Positions 1-7,405 of a stretch of 64,000 nt of DNA are shown here, piece by piece. How positions within the stretch are numbered: position 1 is the stretch's first letter; every line of letters starts with the position of its first letter. Position numbers and translations under genes: made by a program. This DNA is from Chitinophagia bacterium (GTDB lineage: Bacteria; Bacteroidota; Bacteroidia; Chitinophagales; Chitinophagaceae), in the NCBI GenBank assembly GCA_963774065.1, contig CAVZDO010000002.1:21799-85798 (forward strand). The letters run 5' to 3'. The notes under the pieces were generated by a model. It worked only from the letters and a program-made list of their open reading frames with translations, ran no database searches and was not told the DNA's origin.

Positions 1-1106
1 TATCCGAAGAAGAATTGATAAAACAGGTTAAAGACGTGCATTTGCTCGGAATCCGTTCTAAAACAAATATCACTCCCGCTGTTTTGGATGCTGCAAAAAA
101 ATTGCAGGCTATAGGTTGTTTCTGCATAGGTGTCAACCAGGTTAACTTAAAAAGTTCCACCAATCATGGCGTGGTTGTTTTTAATGCGCCTTACTCAAAT
201 ACGCGTTCGGTTGCAGAGCTGGTAATCGGGCTATCGATCATGCTCATACGTAGAATCACTGATAAAAATAAAGCTGCTCATGCCGGCATTTGGGCTAAAG
301 AAGCAAAGGGAAGTTACGAACTGCGCGGCAAAACGCTTGGCATTATCGGCTATGGAAATATAGGAACGCAGGTTAGTATTTTAGCGGAATCTCTTGGCAT
401 GAAAGTTATTTTTTATGATGTGGTGACTAAACTGCCTTTGGGAAATGCAACTGCAAAAAAAACATTGAAAGAAGTTTTGAATGAAGCAGATATTGTTACG
501 CTGCATGTTCCGGAAAATAACCAAACAAAAAATCTTATCAATAAAACGGCAATAAAACAATTTAAGAAAGGCGCGATGCTGATAAATTATGCAAGGGGAG
601 AAGTTGTTGACCTCGATGCTTTAGCTAAGGCTATCCAGGATGGCGCTATTTCCGGTGCTGCGATTGATGTATATCCTGTTGAACCGGAAAAAAATGGCGA
701 TGCATTTACTTCGCCTTTGCAAAATCTTCCCAACGTAATATTAACGCCGCATATCGGCGGCTCAACGGAAGAAGCGCAACAAAATATTGGCGAAGATGTG
801 AGCAATAAATTATTCCGGTTTCTTGAAATGGGCATCACCACTGGCTCTCACACGGTTCCTGAACTGGAGTTGCCTCCGCAGGAAGGCACGCATCGCATTT
901 TGCATATTCATAAAAATGTTCCCGGAGTTTTGTCGGAAATAAACACGCAGCTTTCTAAACATAATATCAATATTCTCGCGCAGTATTTAAAAACCAATGA
1001 CGATATAGGTTATGTAGTTGTTGATGTAGATAAGAAATTATCCGAACAGGCTTTTCAACTTTTAAAAGAAGTGAAGCAGACGATTAAGACGAGATTGCTT
1101 TATTAG
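1..1106 (+). CDS. serA: D-3-phosphoglycerate dehydrogenase, 5' end outside window
   Basis: The reading frame is open to the window edge. It has the Rossmann motif GIIGYGNIGTQV, the catalytic HIGGST region and a C-terminal ACT-like segment (HRILHIHKNVPGVLSEIN...). Confidence 0.85.
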   Translation, partial: SEEELIKQVKDVHLLGIRSKTNITPAVLDAAKKLQAIGCFCIGVNQVNLKSSTNHGVVVFNAPYSNTRSVAELVIGLSIMLIRRITDKNKAAHAGIWAKEAKGSYELRGKTLGIIGYGNIGTQVSILAESLGMKVIFYDVVTKLPLGNATAKKTLKEVLNEADIVTLHVPENNQTKNLINKTAIKQFKKGAMLINYARGEVVDLDALAKAIQDGAISGAAIDVYPVEPEKNGDAFTSPLQNLPNVILTPHIGGSTEEAQQNIGEDVSNKLFRFLEMGITTGSHTVPELELPPQEGTHRILHIHKNVPGVLSEINTQLSKHNINILAQYLKTNDDIGYVVVDVDKKLSEQAFQLLKEVKQTIKTRLLY

Positions 1107-1242
1107 GTATGAACTATGAGGTATGAACTATGAAGTATGAAGTATGAGGTATAAGATATGAAGTATGAAGTATGAAGTGGATGATCAATTATCAGTTTGT
1201 ACATAGTTCATAGTTTATAGTTCATACTTCATAGTTCATACT
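1107..1242. repeat. Intergenic word hairpin: tandem TATGAAGTA-type words facing inverted TACTTCATA words
   Basis: Read directly from the sequence. The left arm is gtatgaactatgaggtatgaac...atgaagtatgaagtgg and the right arm is catagttcatagtttatagttcatacttcatagttcatac. It lies between convergent genes. Confidence 0.85.
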
Positions 1243-1746
1243 TTCTTCAATATCTTCCCCGCTCTTGCTCTAAACGCAACAGTTTCATGTTCCCATCTTT
1301 CTTCTATTATCAATTTTATTTCGGGAATTATTTCAGGATATGATTTGGAAAGATTTTGCAATATCGTTAATGAAAAAACTTTTATAGCTACTGCTGTTTC
1401 ATTCGACAAAATAAAATTGAAACAGATATTCATCAACTTTCCGTGAAACTTTTTTGGAACTTCAACATCCTGCAACAAACGAACAGTGTTGCGAATTACT
1501 GCATCGTGTACATTTTTCTTTAGCAAGATTTTTTAATAGCGGCGAAAAATACGGTTGTATCAATTCCGGGTTATTTTGCACACAATAACTCATAGGCCAG
1601 GCAGCTCTTTGCGTTACACGGTATTCGCCTTCAAAAAATAGTTTCATTAACTCTGCGAAGCGCTTTTTATCGTTGCCAATATATTTTACAATAGCGTCGC
1701 ATTGTTTTTTGGAATGTTCTTTTAATATTTCTTCTTTAAGATTCAT
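1236..1746 (-). pseudogene. Helical-repeat protein (possibly DNA alkylation repair / HEAT-like family), frameshifted
   Basis: Two overlapping ORFs (1462..1746 and 1236..1526) join into one continuous protein (...YFSPLLK-ILLKKNVHDAVIRN...) if one base is removed from the T6 run at 1529-1534. The family assignment is from memory only. Confidence 0.55.
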
Positions 1747-3102
1747 GCACGGCGGCGAAGAAATTTTTTTACCATGATAAAAGCATTTTCATAGGTCTCA
1801 AAAATGTACGCGATTATTTCATCCCACCGTATTCCGATTGCTTTTCTCAACACCGGTACATAACGCAAAACTGTAATTATGCTGCCGGCAACAGAACCAT
1901 AAGCTGCGCCTTTCCACCCGAGAAAATGAAGTCCTAAAAAAATAAACAACATATTCAGCGACATGGAAAGAAGGTTGATCCAAAAGTTAGTTTTTGGTTT
2001 TCCAATCGCATCCATTGTTGCGCCAAACTGAAATGCAAACGGACGAAGAAAACTGAATAATATAACTATCCTCAAAATACTTACCGCCATCATGAATTTG
2101 CTGCCCGCAATAATTTTAATAATCAACCGCGGCAATAAAAATATAATAATGCTAACCGGCGCAAGTACGCTGATGATGGAACCAAGCATTCGCTCAAAAT
2201 AATATCTTACTTTATCTGTGCCGCTGTTAGCCATAGCTTCAACATTTTTCGGAAATAAAACATCGGCAATTGCCATGGAAGGCGCATCCATTAAATTATA
2301 AATGCGCGACACAACATTGTAATACGCAACAATTGCTTCCGACTGAATTTGATTTGCCGTGATAAGCTGATCCGCCGAACGCGATAGCGCAGAAAAAACA
2401 TTTGTTCCGAAAATATATTTTCCGAAATGAAGCATTCTGCGCAAAAGAATTTTATCTACAACAAACCCGCGGAAGAAAAATTTTCTTGCAGAAAAAAACA
2501 AAAGAATTGTTCCGCAAAACATTGCAGCTATCTGCAACTTTACCAGCATCAAAAGATCGAGATATGGTTTAAAGAAAAATAAAAAGATAAGTACGCCGGT
2601 TAAAAAAACTCCCTGCCTTAACAGGTAACCGAAAAAAATAAATTTGAAATGAAAGTTTGCCTGCAACAACACTTCGCAATGGTTGAAACGGAATGAGCAA
2701 AACAATCAATAAAATTCCCCATAAAATTAACGGGTATAATTGCGGAGAGCTAAGCCAGTGGCAAAATGGTTTGCCTATAAAAACAATGAACAGAATGGCG
2801 AACACAGAAAAACCAATATTGGTAAGCAAAGCCACAGACTGCACTTTGTTCTTTTGATCCGCATATTCCGGTTCGCCTAAAAATTTTATCATCGGGTTGC
2901 GAAGCAAGCCTTGCTTAACCGTTTCCACCAAAGAAAGTATGGTAAGAAATAATGCCCAAACGCCCATTTCATCTGCGGTTGGAAAAACTTTTTTTGCCAG
3001 GATGATGTAACCAACAACGCCAAAAAAGATCAATGAAAACCTGTTGAGCAGGGTAAAAAATACGGAACGGAACCAAAATGAAGCAGACAATTTGAGTTTC
3101 AA
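1743..3102 (-). pseudogene. Oligosaccharide flippase (Wzx/MOP superfamily), frameshifted
   Basis: The N-terminal ORF 2569..3102 and C-terminal ORF 1743..2705 overlap. Both are polytopic membrane sequence. The frame switch is near 2680-2700 (..LLIVLLIPF / NHCEVLLQANFHFK..). Confidence 0.65.
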
Positions 3103-3832
3103 AGCTATTTGTTGTGTGGTGCATCAATATTATACAATCCTAACGAAACTGAAATTAAATTCTTACTAACAAATAAAGATAATCAATCATCTTATAATTT
3201 ATGTTATGTTAAATAGAGGCCTTACGCTATGAGTTTTCTGAATTCAGAGTTTTAGCCACTCTTCTATAAATGACAAGATGTAAATTACGTGTTTCTGGGA
3301 ATTTGGATAGATTTGGTCAGCAATTCAGGAATGAAGTTTAGAAATGAATGGGAATCGAAAGAGAAAACAGAAACCATAACTTCGAGCAAGAAACACGTCT
3401 TCCAAAAAACTTTCACAACGCAAGAATTGCGAGCTTATGAAATTAGATGATTTTGGCCAGATCATGTAGAAGAAGTATTTTTTCGTTATCGGGAAAATAT
3501 AAAGCCGCTCTCTGGTTAGCAAATGTATTGCAATTACTGGTTTTATATCTCATGCTTAAAAAATGGCTTTTTCATAATTATTTGCATTGTTCAAATAACA
3601 TACACAGTCATTCTAAGCTATTCATGTTAATTTGGAGCGGCATACTGAAAAGTCGAGACTATTTCATAACGTAAATTATAGCTTCGAATCCCGAATCTTC
3701 CTTTTTTGTATCTTATAATTTATGTTATATTATTATAATTATAACTCTTATCTTTGGAAAACGAAATGTTTTACTAGAGCTTTCCATTGAATCTATGAGT
3801 GTGTAACTTTAAGAATAATCAAAACTATTGTG

Positions 3833-4240
3833 ATGACAAGAAAAAAAGCAATTTCAATATTAAAAAAGCAAAAAGAAAAACTTTTTGCTATTAATGTTTA
3901 CGATGATTTTTATTTATGGCAACAATCATCTTTAGATTATATTACTAGTTTTCTTGGAAAAGATGCAAATGCTTATTCGTTAATAAAATCTTTCAAATTC
4001 CCGGATATGCAGGAACAAAAATTTGATGAAAACATTAAAGTTTTAAAAACGAAAATATCAGAATGTTTAAATTTAGCTATAGAAAATGTTGAAAACTTGG
4101 GACTTAAAACAAAATATCATAATAGACTTTGCAGATATTCAGATAAAGAATTATTAGCTTTTGCAGCGACTTCAATAGTTGCAATATTTACAGCTGGATT
4201 ATTTATTGGCAAATGGTTTTTTAGCAATTATCAAGCGTAA
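3833..4240 (+). CDS. Hypothetical tail-anchored protein (soluble N-domain plus C-terminal TM helix)
   Basis: ATG at 3833. The C-terminal hydrophobic segment is LLAFAATSIVAIFTAGLFIGKWFF. It is the first of four tightly packed same-strand ORFs. Confidence 0.55.
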   Translation: MTRKKAISILKKQKEKLFAINVYDDFYLWQQSSLDYITSFLGKDANAYSLIKSFKFPDMQEQKFDENIKVLKTKISECLNLAIENVENLGLKTKYHNRLCRYSDKELLAFAATSIVAIFTAGLFIGKWFFSNYQA

Positions 4241-4266
4241 ATTATTTTCATTTTAATGTTTATCCG

Positions 4267-4791
4267 ATGACAAATGATGAAGAATTAGAAGAACAAATGA
4301 GATTATCTGGTGTAGAAAGAACGTATCAAGAAAAAGACAAAGCTCCTATCGTTGAATTTATAAAAAAATATATTAAGCTTAATGGATACGTTAATACAAG
4401 ATATGCATCAGGCATGACTGTGCCAGGCAAAAAATTTACAAATAATGATCATAGAGACGCTTTCTACGAATCTATTTCTGCAATGCTTGTAAACACAGGT
4501 AAGTATACCAGAGAACTAAATAAAGACATAGATAAAGGTTATAACATTTTATTAAACCCCTCCTATTTTTATAATAAGAGTGTAAAACTTAATAGCAGGA
4601 TAACAATACTTATTGCAGCAATAGCTGCACTTGTATCAATATTGAATTATACAAAAGGAATTAATGCACATAAAGAATTAGAACGCAGGCAACAACAGAT
4701 AAACTTGGAATGGAAATCCTCAATACTAAAGAAAGAAATACAACAAATCGTTCTTCAAACTATCGACTCTTTAAATAAAGTAAATAAATAA
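4267..4791 (+). CDS. Hypothetical single-pass membrane protein with C-terminal coiled-coil-like tail
   Basis: The TM segment is ITILIAAIAALVSILNY. There is a 26-nt gap to the upstream ORF and a 7-nt gap to the downstream ORF. Confidence 0.55.
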   Translation: MTNDEELEEQMRLSGVERTYQEKDKAPIVEFIKKYIKLNGYVNTRYASGMTVPGKKFTNNDHRDAFYESISAMLVNTGKYTRELNKDIDKGYNILLNPSYFYNKSVKLNSRITILIAAIAALVSILNYTKGINAHKELERRQQQINLEWKSSILKKEIQQIVLQTIDSLNKVNK

Positions 4792-4798
4792 TTGTTGC

Positions 4799-5266
4799 AT
4801 GAAATCAAAAGAAGAGTGTTTGGATGAAACATTAAAAGCATTACTCGAAAGCTGGAAAACAGAACCGAGAACTCCAATACCTTCAGAAAAACTATTAGAA
4901 AGTTTTGGCATCGCTCAAAAACATGAGTTCTATAAATCATTAATCAGAAAACTAGTTTCAGATGGGTATGCTGAATATAAATGCCCTGTTCCGAGTGATG
5001 ATAATTTAGATTTTTATCAAAAAGAAATTTTAATAACCCTTGACGGGGTATTTCTGTTAGATAATAAAGGATATGTAAGAATAAAAGAACGTAAGGCACA
5101 AGACAGAAGAAATAGAATTGGTAAGGATATTATGTATTACATCTATTATGCGGGATTAGCCATTGGATTAATGGTGGCAATATCAAATGGATGTTCATCT
5201 GCCCCAAACAAAAAAGACAATGGAAAGAAGAGCGATAGTACCTATCAGCATTTTAAGCATAACTAA
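4799..5266 (+). CDS. Hypothetical membrane-anchored protein, N-domain possibly winged-helix-like
   Basis: The TM segment is IMYYIYYAGLAIGLMVAI, near the C-terminus. The N-domain fold guess is based only on the sequence pattern. Confidence 0.5.
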   Translation: MKSKEECLDETLKALLESWKTEPRTPIPSEKLLESFGIAQKHEFYKSLIRKLVSDGYAEYKCPVPSDDNLDFYQKEILITLDGVFLLDNKGYVRIKERKAQDRRNRIGKDIMYYIYYAGLAIGLMVAISNGCSSAPNKKDNGKKSDSTYQHFKHN

Positions 5267-5279
5267 TCGATGATCGGAT

Positions 5280-5367
5280 CCCCCGCACTCGCCGTAGTTT
5301 GCAATCAGTAAAAAATAAAGAATGTTACTCGGCGTTTATTAATTGCAACAGGCTGCGATGAGTGTGG
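5280..5367 (+). repeat. About 88-nt long-stem structured element, copy 1
   Basis: The arms CCGCACTCGCCGTAG / CTGCGATGAGTGTGG and GTTTGCAAT / ATTGCAAC enclose further small stems. It starts 14 nt after a stop codon and has no U-tract. Confidence 0.8.
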
Positions 5368-5386
5368 AAAATTGCTAAAAATAAGA

Positions 5387-5692
5387 ATGAAGAAAATAAT
5401 TGAAAGATATTCTCAAATTTCATGTTTAATTGCCATTACGGTAATCGTATACGTTGGAATATCTTACTTAATTGACCTCCTACATAATAGCGATAACTAC
5501 GCCTACAAGGAAAACGTATTTACTAATATCATTTATATTTTTTTCACCATTACATTGTACAATGGAGTTTTTCTTTTGGCAGCAGGAGTTTATTTACTAT
5601 TTCAAAAAAAGAAAATTTGGGGAACAATAAGTGTATCAATTTCTGTCATTTTTTATACCCTGCTTTATTTAATGTTTACACGAATCGTTTGA
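5387..5692 (+). CDS. Small polytopic membrane protein (about 3 TM)
   Basis: ATG at 5387. Three hydrophobic stretches are visible. It is flanked on both sides by the 88-nt element. Confidence 0.5.
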   Translation: MKKIIERYSQISCLIAITVIVYVGISYLIDLLHNSDNYAYKENVFTNIIYIFFTITLYNGVFLLAAGVYLLFQKKKIWGTISVSISVIFYTLLYLMFTRIV

Positions 5693-5703
5693 GTAGATGT
5701 TAA

Positions 5704-5790
5704 CCCCCGCACTCGCCGTAGTTTGCAATCAGTAAAAAATAAAGAATGTTACTCGGCGTTTATTAATTGCAACAGGCTACGATGAGTGTG
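5704..5790 (+). repeat. About 88-nt long-stem structured element, copy 2
   Basis: Nearly identical to 5280-5367. The single visible change (G to A in the 3' arm) converts a U-G wobble to a U-A pair on the plus strand. Confidence 0.8.
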
Positions 5791-5802
5791 GGTAACTAAC
5801 GC

Positions 5803-6225
5803 TCATTTAAGAGCATTTGGATTTTTATCTACGAAATAAAAAAGAATAGTTCTTTCTAAGTCATCATTCTTGTAATAGTTGTGTAGTTCATCTCCTTTTT
5901 GAATTATTACTCCATCGTAAGTGGTATAAAAAACTTCAAATGATTTATAAGTTCCGTCTTTAAGATTAAGAATCATTTCGTATGAGCCGAAAGTCTGTCT
6001 TAGATTAGCTTCCTGTGTTGGTTTTATATTATTTACTTCCCACACTAATCTTTTTATTGCGAACCAGCTATTCAGCGTAATTTTTTTTGGATTACCTGTA
6101 TTGATGCTGGTACGATCGTAAATTACTATATCCTTTACATCTGTACTATTAATATCTCCCTTTGAATGATTGTAATGGCATGAAAACAACAATATCAAAA
6201 ATACAATCGATAATTTTTTATTCAT
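5803..6225 (-). CDS. Small lipoprotein, beta-rich domain of unknown function
   Basis: The signal peptide with lipobox-like LLFSC is followed by a domain of about 120 aa. A paralogous copy lies at 6341-6706. Confidence 0.6.
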   Translation of the reverse strand: MNKKLSIVFLILLFSCHYNHSKGDINSTDVKDIVIYDRTSINTGNPKKITLNSWFAIKRLVWEVNNIKPTQEANLRQTFGSYEMILNLKDGTYKSFEVFYTTYDGVIIQKGDELHNYYKNDDLERTILFYFVDKNPNALK

Positions 6226-6240
6226 TCGCTAATTTACCAA

Positions 6241-6330
6241 TATCCCACACTCGCCGTAGCTTGTTATTATATTTTATTTTAAAGCTACTGGGCGTACGGC
6301 TTTGCCTACGCCCCTCTTTCAAAGTTGGTG
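6241..6330 (+). repeat. Diverged relative of the 88-nt element
   Basis: It shares CCCACACTCGCCGTAGC with the 5' arm of the 88-nt element. It has its own stems TAGCTT/AAGCTA and GGCGTA/TACGCC. Confidence 0.45.
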
Positions 6331-6340
6331 TAACTAACAC

Positions 6341-6706
6341 TCATTTAAGTGCGTTTGGATTTTTATCTACGAAATAATAAAGAATAGTTCTTTCTAAGTC
6401 ATCATTCTTGTAATAGTTGTGTAGTTCATCTCCCTTTTGAATTATTACTCCATCGTAAGTTGTATAAAAAACTTCGAATGATTTATAAGTTCCGTCTTTA
6501 AGATTAAGAATCATTTCGTATGAGCCGAAAGTCTGTCTTAGATTAGCTTCCTGTGTTGGTTTTATATTATTTACTTCCCACACTAATCTTTTTATTGCGA
6601 ACCAGCTATTCAGCGTAATTTTTTTTGGATTACCTGTATTGATGCTGGTACGATCGTAAATTATTATATCCTTTACATCTGTGCTATTAATATCTCCCCT
6701 ACTCTT
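6341..6706 (-). pseudogene. 5'-truncated paralog of the 5803..6225 lipoprotein (no signal peptide, no ATG), possibly still translated
   Basis: 369 bp (6330-6698) are near-identical to 5792-6160. The reading frame continues in frame from the TAA stop of ORF 6707..7372. Confidence 0.5.
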
Positions 6707-7372
6707 TTAAATATCTGAACGAAAATAAAGTGATCCAATAAATGTATAATTCATTGTCTTAACTGTCATGTAGTAATGATTTATCGATGTATCATTATTT
6801 TTCTCGTCATCAAATTCAAATAGGTTTTCTATATGCAAAAAGTTTTTCGCTTCTTTATAATCGCAGGCAGAAGGTTTATAATGTTTTTTAAAAAATTGTT
6901 CTTTATTACTGGAAGTATCGGCTTTGTAAGCAATGCCCGTTTCAGATGTTGAATCATTTTTGTAAAAAAAATCATTAATCGTCTGTTGCTTGCACGAACT
7001 ATTGTCTATAGAAAGGCGAATATATACAACCAGGTATTGGCTTTTTATTTTTTTATTATTCACTACGCATGGCTTCCATTTGTTATTACTGCTTAATATA
7101 ACATTTTGTAAATTTCTTTTAACGGCTGGTGTAACTTGTTTTGAAAATGCAAGATCAACAACGTTTCCTTGTTTGTTAATTTTAAATCGTATTAAAAATG
7201 CAGATTCTTCACAACCGGGAATGTCAAATCTAAAATTAGAACTGAGGTAACTTAAAAATGAACTATCCTTATTTATGAATATTGGTATTGCCGTTTGCTG
7301 AGCATGCAACAATAAAACAGATGCAAAAAGTAATATAAAAAGCGTAGTGGTTTTTTTAATTATATTTTTCAT
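6707..7372 (-). CDS. Secreted protein with TonB-C-like N-terminal domain
   Basis: The signal peptide is TLFILLFASVLLLHAQ. The pattern FLIRFKINKQGNVVDLAFSK...NKWKP resembles TonB C-terminal-type folds. Confidence 0.55.
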   Translation of the reverse strand: MKNIIKKTTTLFILLFASVLLLHAQQTAIPIFINKDSSFLSYLSSNFRFDIPGCEESAFLIRFKINKQGNVVDLAFSKQVTPAVKRNLQNVILSSNNKWKPCVVNNKKIKSQYLVVYIRLSIDNSSCKQQTINDFFYKNDSTSETGIAYKADTSSNKEQFFKKHYKPSACDYKEAKNFLHIENLFEFDDEKNNDTSINHYYMTVKTMNYTFIGSLYFRSDI

Positions 7373-7405
7373 TTTCTTATAAAATTTTAAATTACAAATG
7401 AATTA

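Noticed and set aside
3640-3710. tRNA or tRNA 3' fragment (TTCGAATCC string)
   Set aside because: No complementary T-stem, acceptor stem or anticodon arm can be drawn on either strand.
5280-6330. Integron attC sites / CALIN cassette array
   Set aside because: The size of 88 nt and the imperfect stem are attC-like. But the conserved triplets are in the wrong order: GTT lies in the 5' arm and AAC in the 3' arm, instead of RYYYAAC...GTTRRRY. Several ORFs share one element, and no intI is present.
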